The notes under the pieces: model-generated
What the model saw: the letters and a program-made list of their open reading frames with translations, nothing else
The model's database searches: none
Told to the model about the DNA's origin: nothing
Origin: an uncultured Planctomycetota bacterium
GTDB lineage: Bacteria; Planctomycetota; Planctomycetia; Isosphaerales; Isosphaeraceae
Direction: 5' to 3'
Assembly (NCBI GenBank): GCA_963737655.1
Contig: CAVTTN010000002.1
Coordinates: forward strand, 2,592,001 to 2,656,000
Length of the DNA stretch: 64,000 bases
Shown: positions 1 through 11,698 of the stretch, in pieces
How positions within the stretch are numbered: position 1 is the stretch's first letter
How the letters are laid out: each line of letters begins with the position of its first letter
Made by a program: the position numbers and the translations under genes

Positions 1-251
1 CCCACGACCACCTCCGACGAGGGGCTCACCGGGGCGTCGACCGGCCGCGGAGTGGGGGCCGCTTCCACCCGATCCCGGCGCCGCTGCTCCGGGACGCGGG
101 GCGGAGGCCGTCGGGCCGATGCTTCTCCGAGGCACCGGCGATCGACGCCCGGCAGGGCCGGGTCCCGCGTCCGGCTTGCCATCCGTGGCCGCGGGCCCGA
201 AGATCGGGGCGTCTCCGCGTCGCGACCGCAGGGGCGAGGAGGCGCAAGCGC

Positions 252-288
252 ATGGCGGACGAGGCGGCGGGCCATGAGGCGTTCGAGC
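252..288 (+). pseudogene. N-terminal stub of the island Toprim primase gene (MADEAAGHEAFER), truncated at an IS66 remnant
   Basis: Near-identical to the start of the ORF at 23094(-) (MADEAAGREAFERS); upstream 52-250 is homologous to 11332-11503. Confidence 0.6.
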
Positions 289-755
289 GTGTCCTTTCGG
301 CAAGCCTGCCTGAATCCGTTTGCCTGATCCGTTAGGCTGGCGGTCCTTGTCTGGGAGGACCGTGATGGGTACGAGCAAGCATGAGCAATTGCCGCGAGAT
401 CTGCGCGGGGGCGGAGCCGGTTTCAGTCGTGGCGGGTAACGCGGAAGGCGCGTACCCGGATTCCGCCGGCGCTTTGGGAACTGGCCGTATGGCCGGAGAC
501 GCCGCTTCCGGGTCAATCGGTGGCTGCGGGATGCGAACCGCGCCGGAGTTGCTTGAGGTAGACAACAAGCAACTGGAGGACGTCCTCCGCCGCGCCGAGC
601 AATCGCTCGACGAGGAGGACAGCCACCTGATTCGCAGGCTCTTCGAGTCGTACACCTACGTATCCGACCTGATCAAAGATAAGAATTCATCGATTTGTCG
701 CCTGCGGCAACTGTTCTTCGGGTCGCGCACGGAGAAGACCGAGGCGGACCACGCC
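289..755 (+). mobile_element. IS66-family remnant: tnpA fragment (~365-490) joined to tnpC N-terminus (531-755)
   Basis: RFQSWRVTRKARTRIPPALWELAV resembles IS66 TnpA; MRTAPELLEVD...ICRLRQLFFGSRTEKT resembles the TnpC N-terminal leucine zipper. Confidence 0.6.
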
Positions 756-808
756 GTACGGGACCCTTTCACGATTCGGGCCGCGGTACGGGACCCTTTC
801 ACGATTCG
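756..808. repeat. Two direct copies of 23-bp GTACGGGACCCTTTCACGATTCG (30-bp period)
   Basis: Copies at 756-778 and 786-808. Confidence 0.9.
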
Positions 809-1063
809 AGGGTGACAAGCGTCCAGAATAGCGAAGAGCCGCGTGCATGCTTCCGAAGGTGCGACAGTCGACCATACCGAAGCGTTCTGTGACGTGCACG
901 CCGTGCACCAGGAGCCCACACGGGCCGGGGCCGTTGGGGAACTGGCTGGTGTACTACTCACCAGAGATCGTGCGACAATACGCCCGCCGCGGCACTGATC
1001 TCCGCGTGAATTTCGACACCGTAGCAGGTCGACCCGCTGGGACGCCGCCGTGCCCCTCGGAGT

Positions 1064-4000
1064 GTGCTCATGGCCGCCGACAGAATTCGCGTGCGCGACG
1101 TCTTCCGCGCAGCCGTCGAGGTCTCACCCGAAGAGCGGTCCACCTACCTGACCGATACCTGCGGCGGCGATGCCGAGCTCAGGGCAGAGGTGGATCGACT
1201 GCTGGCCGCAAACGCGGCCCCTGAGATCGCTCTTGAATCCATCACTCCTGCGGCCGCCACCGCTGCGTTCGTGCGCAGCCATTCCGCGACCGTCGTACAC
1301 CCGAGTGGAATGCCCCGATCCGACGAAGGCACCTCGGACGCGTCGAGCCAGAAGGACCCGGCGGACGACGACCACGGCCCGTATGGGGCCACCGGAATGT
1401 TTGCCTCACCCGATCCGGATGCCACGACGGCACGGGAATCGGCATCCCCAGCCCCCCTCGCGGCCGAGGCGCCGACAGGCGAAGGCATCGGCACCGTCAT
1501 CGCCGGGCGGTACACGCTCGTGGAAGTGATCGGCGAAGGTGGCATGGGGTCCGTCTATCTGGCGAGCCAGACCGAGCCGGTCAAGCGTCAGGTGGCGCTC
1601 AAGCTCATCAAGACGGGCATGGATTCGCGGGACGTGCTGGCCCGGTTCGACGCTGAGCGGCAGGCCCTCGCCCTGATGGACCATCCGAACATCGCGCGGA
1701 TCTACGACGGCGGCGTCACTGCGGCCAGGCAGCCGTTCTTCATTATGGAACTGGTCAAGGGGCTGCCGCTCACCCAGTATTGCGACCAGCGGCGGCTCAC
1801 GGTCAAGGCCCGACTGGAGTTGTTCGTCGCGGTGTGCCAGGCGGTGCAGCACGCCCACCAGAAGGGAATCATCCATCGTGATCTCAAGCCGGGAAATGTG
1901 CTGGTAACTGAGGTGGATGGGCGCGCCACGCCCAAAGTCATCGACTTCGGCGTGGCCAAAGCGACCGAGGTGAACCTGACCGACATGAGCTTCTCGGATA
2001 CCGGCGCGATCGTCGGCACGCCGACGTATATGTCGCCCGAGCAGGCCGACCCCTCGTCGATGGATATCGATACACGTACCGATGTTTACGCGCTCGGCGT
2101 GATGCTTTATGAACTGCTGACGGGGACGCCACCGATCGATGCCAGGGAGTTCCGGCGGGGAGCGATCCTGGAGATGCTGCGGATGGTGCGGGAAGTCGAT
2201 CCGCCGCGTCCGAGCACGAGGTTGAGCACGGCCGACGCCCTGCCGAACATCGCCGCCAACCGGAGTATCGAGCCGGGCCGCCTCGCGAAGCTGATGCGGG
2301 GCGAGCTCGACTGGGTGGTCATGAAGGCGCTCGAGAAAGATCGGAATCGCCGCTACGACACGGCCAACGGCCTCGCCCGCGACATCCAGCGCTACTTGGC
2401 CGAGGAGGTCGTCGAAGCCCGCCCTCCGAGTCGCGCCTATCGGCTCAAGAAATTCGTCCGCCGCAACCCGCTCCAGTTGGCGCTGGCGGGAACGATTGTG
2501 TTGCTCCTGCTGGGCGGCGGAGCGTTCGCTTGGTGGCAGGACCGACAAACGACCGAGCGGAGTGCGGAAACGCGGAACAGAGAACAACAGGCCAACCAGG
2601 GCGTAGACGCCGCCCTGAAACTCTTCCCGGACCTGCGTAAGCAGTTCAAGTTCGAGGCGGCGAAGAAGACGCTGGAGCAGGCCGCGGTTCTGGCCAAGGG
2701 GGCGGCGCCGGGCCGGCTCGCTGAGGTTGCGCAGGCGATCCAGGACCTCGAGTTCGTCGAGCGATTGGACGCCATTCGCTACCGCAAGTGGCTCTGGATC
2801 ACGGAAGTAGGCGGGAAGGGCCACTTCAATGAGAAGATCGCCCCGCCTGCCTACCGCCAGGCGTTCGCGGAGCGCGATCTGAACCTGACGACCCTCGACC
2901 CGGACTCGGCGGCCCGGCGAATCGCGGCATCCGCGGTGAAGGCCGAATTGGTCGCCGCGGTGGACGACTGGGCCCTGTGCGAACCGGAGCGAGGCTTGCG
3001 GGATCGGTTGCTGGACGTCGCGCGTCGGGCCGACTCCGGTTCATGGACAGATCGCCTTCGCGACCCTGCCCTGTGGAGCGACAGGAATGCCGTCAAGAAA
3101 CTGGAAACAGACGCCGACCTGACCCGCACTTCATCGGCATCGCTGGGTGTGCTCGCGGCGCTCGATGAAGCGCCAGGGATTGGATCCGATACCGCGGCTG
3201 ACCGCAGCTCGCGCCAAATACCCGGCCGATTTCGAACTGGCTTTCCTCCTCGGCCAGCAGCACTTCGCGTCCACCGACGGACAGGGGATCGGTCCCTTCG
3301 AGGCGGCCCGCGCCTTGCGGCCCGAGAACTATGCCGTCTGGGTAAACCTCGGCAATCTGCAGGGCCGCAAGGGCCAGTTAGACGAGGCCATCGAATGCTT
3401 GAAACAGGCCATCGAGCTTGACCCGAGGCTCGCCTTGGCCCACATCGCATTGGGCGCCGTCCTCGGCGACGTCAAACGCGATTACGATGGGGCCATCGCC
3501 TGCTTTCGCAAGGCCATCGAACTCGATCCCAACCTCGCCGAGGCCCACAGCAACCTGGGCGAGGCGCTGAAACACAAAGGTATGTGGGACGAGGCCATCG
3601 CCCAGTACAAGAAGGCCCGCGAGCTTGACCCGAAGTTGGTCGCGGTCTCCGACAAACTGGCCTTTGCGCTGACAAAGAAGGGACGGTTGGACGAGGCCAT
3701 CGCCAGCCTCAGGGAAGCCCTCGAGCTCGATCCGAACGACGCCCTGGCGCACTACAACCTCGGCCTCGCGCTGTCCCAGAAGGGCCAGCCCGACGAGGCC
3801 ATCGCCTCATACCGGAAAGCTGTCGAACTCAATCCGAAGAACGCGGAGGCTCACACCAACCTGGGGCAATTGCTATCGGCAAGGGGCCAGATTGACGAGG
3901 CCATCGCCTGCTACAAGAAGGCGATTGCACTCGACCCGAAGCTCGCCAATGCCTACCGGAGCCTGGGCGCTGCGCTTTGTAATCGCAAGCAGGATTACGA

Positions 4001-5778
4001 TGCGGCCATCGCGTGCTTCCGCCACGCCCTTGAGCTCGACCCGAAGGACGTTGTATCCCTCTTCAATCAGGGCGTTGCCTTCGGAAACAAAGGCCAGTTG
4101 GACTCGGCCATCGACTGTTTCAGGCAGGCCATCGCACTCGACCCGAACCACGCGGATGCCCATCTAGCTCTAGGCGCAGGATTGGTCAATCAGGGCCGGA
4201 TCGCCGAGTCCCTGGCGCCCCTCAAGCGAGGCCACGAGCTGGGGTCGAACCAACCCAACCGGCGCTCTGGCTCGGCCGATTGGATTGGTCGAGCCGAGGC
4301 GTGCGCCGCGATGGAAGCGAAGCTGCCCGAGTTTCTCAACGGCCGGTTCCAGCCTCGCGACAACCAGGAACGCATCGCGTTGGCCGAGGTTTGCGCGACG
4401 AAGAAACTCCACCTTGCCGCGGCGGACCTGTTCGCCCGCGCCTTCGCCGCCGACTCGAAGCTGGCCGCCGATCTCGAGGTTGGGCATCGTTTCAGCGCGA
4501 TCTGCAGCACGGTCATGGCCGCCGCCGGCAAAGGCGAAGATGCCGCCGAGCTCAATGACGAGGAACGGCGCACGCCTCCGTCATCAGGGCCTCGACTGGC
4601 TTCGCGCCGACCTTGCGCTCTGGACCAAACTCCTCGAATCTGGGCCGCCGGCGTCGCGCCAAACCGTCACGGAGAAAATGAACCATTGGAAGCAAGAGCC
4701 AAACCTTGCCTCCGTCCGCGACCCCGCGGTTTTGGCCACGCTCATGGCGGACGAGCGGAACGCGTTTACCCAGCTATGGGCGGACGTGGAGGCGGTGTCG
4801 AAAAGCGCAGAAAAATCCCAAGCGGCGTCGCCCGAAAAGGCCGCGGCGAACGCCACAGCGGCAATGCCGGAGAAGGCACCGAACGACAACGACGTCGATT
4901 TGCTCGCGGCCAAGTCGAAGGAAGCTGAACTGCATCTGAGAGCCGGAAAGCCCGAACTCGCTTTGCCGCTCCTCGTCGAAGTTTTGGCGGGCAGGAAGGC
5001 TAGACTTGGACCAGACCATGCCAACACGCTCGAAACCATGAAGCAACTCGGCGTGATCTGCTGGCGATTGCGCCAATTCGACAAATCGGTCCCACTGTTC
5101 GAAGAGCTCTCGAAACTGCAGGAGGCGAAGCACGGGCGAGACCACCCGGAAACTTTGTTGGCCTTGGCGAACCTCGGCGTGAATTACAGGGACGCCGGCC
5201 GTTTCACGGATGCAATCCCACTCCTCGAGGAAGCCCATCAGGCCGCGAAGAAACATGCCGAGTTTCAATGGGTGAGCGGGGAATTGCTCGACGCCTTCGG
5301 CAAGGCGGGTAAGACCGCCGAGTTCGCCGACTTGGCCCGGGAACGGCTGGCAGAGGCTCGCAAAGCGTTACCGAACGACAGCCCCCAACTAGCCGGTCTG
5401 CTCGCCCAACTCGGCCTGAACTTCCTCCAGCAGAAGAAATGGAGCGAGGCCGAACCGCTCCTCCGCGAGTGCCTGGCGATCAGAGAAAAAGCACAGTCCG
5501 ATATGTGGTCCACGTTCAACACGCAATCGGTGCTCGGCGGCGCCTTGCTGGCCCAGAAGAAATACACCGAGGCCGAACCATTCTTGCGGAAAGGCTACGA
5601 AGGAATGAAACAGCGGGAGACGACGATGCCCCCGCAAGCCGCAACCCGTATCCCCGAGGCCCTCGACCGACTCATCGATTTCTACATCGCCACGGACAAG
5701 CCGGATGAAGTCAAGAAATGGCAAGCCGAACGTGCAAAATACCCATACGCCGCTCCGCTGAATCAACAGAAGAAGTAG
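1064..5778 (+). CDS. Ser/Thr protein kinase with TM helix and extensive TPR repeats (kinase 1); two frameshifts (~3160, ~4570)
   Basis: GEGGMG, VALK, HRDLKPGN, DFG, GTPTYMSPE motifs; TM LALAGTIVLLLLGGGAFAWW; TPR units continue in ORFs 3147-4928 and 4285-5778. Confidence 0.9.
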
Positions 5779-6023
5779 TCGTTTGAGACGGGCCGACTCA
5801 CGCGTAGACGATCGCTGCGGATGAGAGACGATTTCCAGGAGTTCGACAATGTCTCACGCCATGCCGAGGCCGAGCACAGCACAAGAAGCAAGGGAGCAAG
5901 CCGATGCGGTCGGTCCGCCAGTGGTTTGCAAGCTACGGTCCGATACACGCCGAACCCGCCTCGGCCGCCCGTACCAAAGTGACTTCGGACCGCCATGCCG
6001 ACGCGCGGTCCAGGGTTGTCTCT

Positions 6024-6951
6024 AGAGCCTATCCCAGTAGGCCCATAGCCCGATAGGTGATCCAGGCACAGACGAAGTGCAACATGCCGAAGTAATTCTC
6101 CACCTTCTTCTCCCAGCGGATCAGGATCCTCCGGAACCGGTTCATCCAGCTGTGCGTCCGCTCCACCACCCGACGCCGCGCCTTGCGGCCCGCCTCCCTC
6201 TTCAACTCCTCGGCCTCCTCACCTCGGGCCCGCACATGCGCCGTGAAGCCGAACTCTTCCACCAAGCCTCTCGTGTCGTCGTAGTCGTACCCCTTGTCCA
6301 TGCACATCCCCTGCGGCCGCTCCGGCGTCGGCTCGGGCCGCTCCACCGGGATGCTCTCCAGCGTCGCCTCCACCAGCCTCATGTCGTGGCGATTGGCCCC
6401 CTCGACCGTCAGGCCCACCGGTATCCCGCCGGCCTCCGTCAGCAGGCTTCGCTTCGCCCCCAGCTTCCCCCGGTCCGTCGGGTTCTTGCCGACCCGCTCG
6501 CCGCCCAGCGGGGCCTTGGTCATGGCTCCGTCCATCGCCAACCAGGACCAGTCCAGCCCCTTCAGCCCGTCGTACTCGCGGAGCCCTTCGGCCCAGAGGG
6601 TGACGAAGACCCCGGCGGCGGCCCACTCCTGGAACCGTCGATGGGCCGAGCTGCTGGAGCAGATGCCGGTGGCGTTCAGGGCGTTCCACTGGCAGCCGGT
6701 GCGGAGGACGAAGAAGATGCTGTCCATGGCCCTGCGATCCGGGATCCTGGGGTTGTGGCATCCGAGCGGATGGTCCGGGCGCGGCGGCGGCAGCGCCTCG
6801 ATCCTCCGCCAGAGCGGGTCCGGGATGCGCCACTGATCGTCGGGGACGGGCGCGGCTTCGAGGCGGGCCGAGCCTTGGCCATGGGAGGGACTCCTGGGGC
6901 GATCACGAGCTCCAGGAAATCCTACGGTTACCGCCTACTGGGATAGGCTCT
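6024..6951 (-). mobile_element. IS5-family element; transposase 6029-~6882 with N-terminal frameshift
   Basis: Perfect 18-bp TIR AGAGCCTATCCCAGTAGG at 6024-6041 and 6934-6951; FVLRTGCQW, DKGYD, RRVVERTHSW motifs. Confidence 0.9.
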
Positions 6952-6953
6952 TA

Positions 6954-7054
6954 GGGCGCGGGCAAGAATAAAGTCGTCAACTTCCTCTCGGGTCATGGCT
7001 TCGATCCCCGGAGTTCCTACGCACAAGTTGACGACTTTATTCTTGCCCGCGCCC
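6954..7054. mobile_element. 101-bp MITE with perfect 30-bp TIRs and TTA target duplication
   Basis: GGGCGCGGGCAAGAATAAAGTCGTCAACTT at 6954-6983, its reverse complement at 7025-7054; TTA at 6951-6953 and 7055-7057. Confidence 0.85.
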
Positions 7055-7140
7055 TTAGTCCCGTCCCTGAGAACGGCCCGGGACTCTTTCATCTCCCCGT
7101 TCTCGAATACTTGACGCAGCAGATCGAGGTACTGTCTCAT
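7055..7140 (-). pseudogene. thyA: Thymidylate synthase N-terminal fragment, cut by the MITE
   Basis: MRQYLDLLRQVFENGEMKESRAV resembles ThyA N-termini (MKQYLDLxxxVLENG); GGGG RBS upstream. Confidence 0.55.
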
Positions 7141-7263
7141 CGCGCCGCCCCTTTTGGTTCATTCCCCACGACCGACCCTGACGAATCGGCCGCCCCTCCG
7201 CTCCAGCTCACGGACCATCCGCTCACGCTCCTCGAACTCCCGGCGATGTTGTCTGGCATCGTC

Positions 7264-7847
7264 TTATTTCCGCCGGGGGGCACTCCGCGTGTGCGGGCGG
7301 ACGTAGGTCCCGTCCTTGCGGTAGTAGCCGCGCACGGAGACCGTCCCCCCGCTCGATGGCGAGGACGAGGGCGGCGAATACGTCCGCGGGGCCGGGGCGG
7401 ACGATCGGCCATCGCCCGAAGCCGTCGGCCCGGAATACCCGCCGCCGGACGGTGCGGGGGCCGCCGCGACGGCCGGCGCAGCGCCCGGTCCGGCCGGATC
7501 GCGTCCGCCATCCCGTGCCAGGCCCGACACCAGATCCCCGACGTGGGCCGCGCGGAGGCCAACCCGGCCAGGTGGGCCAGGCGCGGGGCGGCGGCCCGAG
7601 AGGCCGCCCTCGCCAGCGCGAGGCGGGGCGGCAGCGCCACGGGCCGGACACCCTCGGGTGCTGCCTCCGGGGCCGCCTCCCAGGAGGCCGGTGCAGGGGC
7701 GTCGGCGACGGCCGTCGGGGTGGGGGTCGGGGCCGAGGAGGCGGGCATCCTCGCGGGCCACGCGGCCAGCGAGACGCCCGCCAGCAGCAGGCCCAGCACG
7801 GCACCGATCGTCTGGAACCCCTTGCGGGTCCATCGCATCTCGCTCAT
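7264..7847 (-). CDS. Membrane-anchored/secreted low-complexity protein with C-terminal VRGYYRKDGTYVRPH motif (frameshifted)
   Basis: Hydrophobic N-terminus in ORF 7137-7862; C-terminal motif in ORF 7264-7833. Confidence 0.55.
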
Positions 7848-8866
7848 CACGAGCGCCTCCACCGGACGGCAGGGCTGCCCGTCCCGGTCATCCGCTCCTC
7901 GGCCTTGCGGACCTCTTCCTCGGGCACCCCGAGGGTATCGCGGAGGCCCCGGAGCATCTCGGCCTCATCGTCGGTGACCACGCCGTCGGCCAGGACGTCG
8001 GCGACCGCCGCCCGATACCGCTCCGCCTTCGCCTCGGACTCGATCGCCGAGGCCCGGACCGGCAGGACGCCGAGGAGCGAGGACAGGCGGTCGATCCGCC
8101 TCCGCTCGTCCTCGGTGATCACCCCGTCGGCCACGATCACGCCCGCGAACCGGCGGTACAGGCGCTCCGCGGCCCGGATGCAGACGCCGTCGCCGACGCC
8201 GTGCTCGGCCGCGATCCGGTCCAGGCGGAAATGGGACGCGGGGCGGGTTCGCAGCGCCTCGGCCAGCACCGAGGCGAACCGCTCGACGTCGCCGGGGTCG
8301 CGGGCGGGCCCGCGGGCCTCGACGGGGTCGGCGCGGTGAGGCGGGTCCTCCTCGGCGTCGCCCTCCTCCGTCGCCTCGGGCCAAGCCGCGAAGGCGTCGA
8401 ACAGCAGGCCGAAGAACGCCCACCAGGACCCGGCCGCGAAGAGGACCATCGCCACGGCGAACGCCGGATGGCGCGGCCCGGCCCACCAGGCGAACGGGAA
8501 GCCCAGGGCCCCGCTGGCGACCAGACCCCACACGATCGGCTGGAACCACTCCGGGAACCGGTCGAGCCAACGCAGGGACACGGCCTTCTCCAGCGTGGCC
8601 CCGGCCGGCGGCGCCGCCAGGCCGATCAGCCGGCCGAGCCGGACGGCGATCGTCCAGGCGAGCCAGCCCAGGAACGCGACGGCCAGGGCCAGCGCCTTGA
8701 GGACGGCGCCGATCCCCAGGACGAGCTGCTGGATCGCGATGGCCGAGGCGAGGTCCGTCGAGCCGCTCCCGCACCGCGGGCAGCTCATCGAGAGGTCCCG
8801 GCCTCGGGGATACCAGGTGTAGGAACAGCCTCGGCACTGGTTGAGCGGGCGTCGGTTGAACCTCAT
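7847..8866 (-). CDS. Hypothetical membrane protein: CxxC-CxxC zinc ribbon, TM helices, tandem TerB-like C-terminal motifs
   Basis: CRGC...CPRC; hydrophobic stretches; ADGVITEDERRRI and ADGVVTDDEAEML. Confidence 0.65.
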   Translation of the reverse strand: MRFNRRPLNQCRGCSYTWYPRGRDLSMSCPRCGSGSTDLASAIAIQQLVLGIGAVLKALALAVAFLGWLAWTIAVRLGRLIGLAAPPAGATLEKAVSLRWLDRFPEWFQPIVWGLVASGALGFPFAWWAGPRHPAFAVAMVLFAAGSWWAFFGLLFDAFAAWPEATEEGDAEEDPPHRADPVEARGPARDPGDVERFASVLAEALRTRPASHFRLDRIAAEHGVGDGVCIRAAERLYRRFAGVIVADGVITEDERRRIDRLSSLLGVLPVRASAIESEAKAERYRAAVADVLADGVVTDDEAEMLRGLRDTLGVPEEEVRKAEERMTGTGSPAVRWRRS

Positions 8867-9987
8867 CGCTCGGTCCCCGCCGAGGCGGCATCGCCTCGGG
8901 TCCTGGGGTTCGGTCACGGGGCCGGGAGTGCCGCCTCACGACGATCCGGGAGGCCCCGCCGTCGAGAACGTGTTCCCGTCGCCCGGCCAATCCTAACGCC
9001 GCCGACCGGCGCCGCCAGGCGATTGTCCGCCCGCCGAAGCGCGAAGTCCCGTGCTTTGACTGGGCACGGCGAGGGCAGGGTCAGGGAGCGATTTCGAGGT
9101 TTTTGTGCCGGCCGCCCGTCCCGATCAACCGGCGGATTTCGGAGGCCTCGTCGGGACTTACGGCGGGACCCGAGGGCCGCCCGAACTTCCCGAGGCCAGT
9201 CGGGGGACGGGCAGGGCGGCGGCGCCGGCTCGACGAACGCCCCCGCCGCGGCCGGTCCGAGGGGTGGAAGCGGCTTCCAGCGCGCACCCTCGACGCTGGC
9301 GACCCCCGGCGGGGACCGGCCGGCTCGATCCCGGGGACGTGGGACGGTTCGGGCGGCCATCGGAGGCGGCCAGGCCCGCCCCCGATGCCTCGGGCGGCCC
9401 GTGGGGCAGGCCGTGGGGCGGCCGATGGTGCGACGGAGGCGGGGCAGGGCGACCCGGCGACCCGGAGGTCGCTTCCGGGGGCGGGGCACATAGCGGGCCA
9501 GCCGGCACAGGAGCGGGCCGGCCGGCCCCGCGTCCCGGTCGTAGTATCCGATGAACCTCAACAGCCCGGTCACCTCGTAGCGCGACGGCACCCCGACGGT
9601 CTCGCCGTGCTCACGCCGGCCTCGATATTCCTCGCGGAGCAGCGACAACCTCCGGGCGGGGCTGGATTTCAGGCGATCGACCAGATCCTTCTTGACCTGC
9701 AGCATGTCGCTGCCGTTGCTATACCAGGAGACGCCCCGGACCAGCCGCGAACCAATCCAGGCGATCTCCCGGTCGGTCGTTTCGAGGGGCAGGCCGGGCC
9801 GCCAGACGCCGAGGCGCCGCTTGTACACCAGGACCGCGACCAAGGCGACGCAAAAGGCCAAGAGCTTCCGGTCGCGGACCCCTGTGCTTAGATTACGATT
9901 CTCCCCCTCGCGGCTTCGGCCGCCTCGGGCGAGGTCTGATTGGATGGATTGAAAAGTCTCCTGCGGGACTTTGATTCGGACGACGGC

Positions 9988-11001
9988 CTAGCGGTGGGCT
10001 TCCTTCGATCTGGCCGACTCGGCCGGCCCAATGCGGCTGTAGTCGAAGGCGGGGTTGTTGAGCGTGTCGCTGATGATCCGCTCCAGGTCGGCGGCGGCCT
10101 CCTCGGGGGTGGAAGCGACCACGCCCCGGTCACGGCCGCGGGCTTCGAGGATCGCGGCGGCTTGCGCGACGTCCTCGGGGTGGTATCGGAGGCGGAACGC
10201 GGACCCGGTCGCACCCAGTAGGCAGTTGTGGCGGGTCGCGTGCTCGACGATCCCGTATCTCGGCTGCAGTCTGTCGGCCAGCCTCTCCGGGTCGATCCGC
10301 CGGGTGCACACGAGCCTGGCCCGGGACGGCCGGCCGGGCTGGGGGGCCGCCTCGTGCCGGACGGAGGCCCCGTGTGGGACGCCGTGGGGCACCACGATAG
10401 TTGCCCGGCGGCCCCGGGGCGGGTCGCGCCGGCCCGGCTCCTCATCGGCCTTCCTCTGCATCCTCGCCAGGGAGTCGGGCAGGTCCGCGATGCCAAGGTC
10501 GAATCCCCGGATCACGCAGTAGGTGTTGCCGCTCTTGTGGAGTGAGCCGGGGCCGATGACGTAGCCCCCTAGACCCTTCAGATCCAGGCCGCGGGAGCCG
10601 CTCAGAGGCCCTTGCTTCGTCGCATGCCCGTACGCGCAGCGGAGCTGGTCCTGCGAGCCGAAGTAATAGTGGCGGCCTTCCGGGTGCCCCCCGCTTCGGA
10701 CCGTCGCGGTCGACGTCAGCACGTCGGGGGCCAGCCCGCAGGAGGCCATGAGGCGGCCCAGGCTCTCGATGCCCCCTGATTTCGGATCGACGTCGAGGAC
10801 AACCAGGTAGCGGCCGTCGGGCAGCGGGCCGCCAGTGCACACCAGGTAGCTGCGGAAGGGGCGGCCGTGGCAGTCTCGCTCCCACCGGCCCCGGACGACC
10901 GGCATGGAGGTGGAGGCGGACTCCTGCCAGCCCGGGGCCATCGGCCGCTTCTTATCCGTGGCGGGCAGTACGGGTAGGCCGTGCCCTGCCAGGCATCCCA
11001 T
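9988..11001 (-). CDS. Bifunctional DNA primase/polymerase (Prim-Pol, AEP) with PriCT-like domain; may continue by frameshift into ~9490-9870
   Basis: LPVLP..KRP..PGWQ, LVVLDVDPKSGG, TVRSGG..GRHYYF, GLDLKGLGGYVIGPGSLH motifs; RHNCLL PriCT-like. Confidence 0.8.
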   Translation of the reverse strand: MGCLAGHGLPVLPATDKKRPMAPGWQESASTSMPVVRGRWERDCHGRPFRSYLVCTGGPLPDGRYLVVLDVDPKSGGIESLGRLMASCGLAPDVLTSTATVRSGGHPEGRHYYFGSQDQLRCAYGHATKQGPLSGSRGLDLKGLGGYVIGPGSLHKSGNTYCVIRGFDLGIADLPDSLARMQRKADEEPGRRDPPRGRRATIVVPHGVPHGASVRHEAAPQPGRPSRARLVCTRRIDPERLADRLQPRYGIVEHATRHNCLLGATGSAFRLRYHPEDVAQAAAILEARGRDRGVVASTPEEAAADLERIISDTLNNPAFDYSRIGPAESARSKEAHR

Positions 11002-11503
11002 CTCCGCCCACAGGGCCGGATCGACGGCCCAACCCCGGGACCGAGGTTTGCCGCCCCCTTGAGCTTCATCAGAATGCCGAATACTATTTGGTGTCACGAA
11101 GACGCTCTGACGAAGCGTAGTTGGCGCTCCTCCGGGCGTCACGCCAGCGACGACCGAGGAAACACGATGAGGCCCCGGGGATCCGCACCCCCGGGGCTTC
11201 TCGAATTTTAGGCGGTCGCCGGCTCCCACGACAGTGGCACACCCTCGCGAGCCGCAGCGCACGATCCTAGGCGACCGAGCCGCCCTGGGTCGAGACGCCC
11301 GGAGGGGCCGGCTCAAGGCGACCGGCGCGGGGTGGAAGCGGCTTCCACATCCGGCACCGCGGCTGCTCCTCCGGGACGCGGGGCGGAGGCCGTCGGGCCG
11401 CCCGGCAGGACCGGGCCCCGCGGCCGGCTTGCCATCCGTGGCCGCGGTCCCGAATAATGGGGTCGTCCCCGCGTCGCGAGGGTGGCCGAGGAGGCGCACG
11501 CCC

Positions 11504-11685
11504 ATGGCGGACGAGGCGGCGGGCCGCGAGGCGCCCGAGCGGTCCCGATCGGCGTATGAGGTCGGCGAACGGAGGCTCGGGCGGGTGGCCCCGGGCCGCG
11601 GCGGCCGGCCCCAGCACGAGGGCCTCTGCCCGGCGCACGCCGACCGTCGCTCGCCGTGACCCACGACCACCGCGACGTGACTTGC
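11504..11685 (+). pseudogene. Second truncated copy of the Toprim primase N-terminus
   Basis: MADEAAGREAPERSRSAYEVGERRL...CPAHADRRS matches ORF 23094(-); early stop. Confidence 0.7.
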
Positions 11686-11698
11686 GGCCGAGGGCGAC

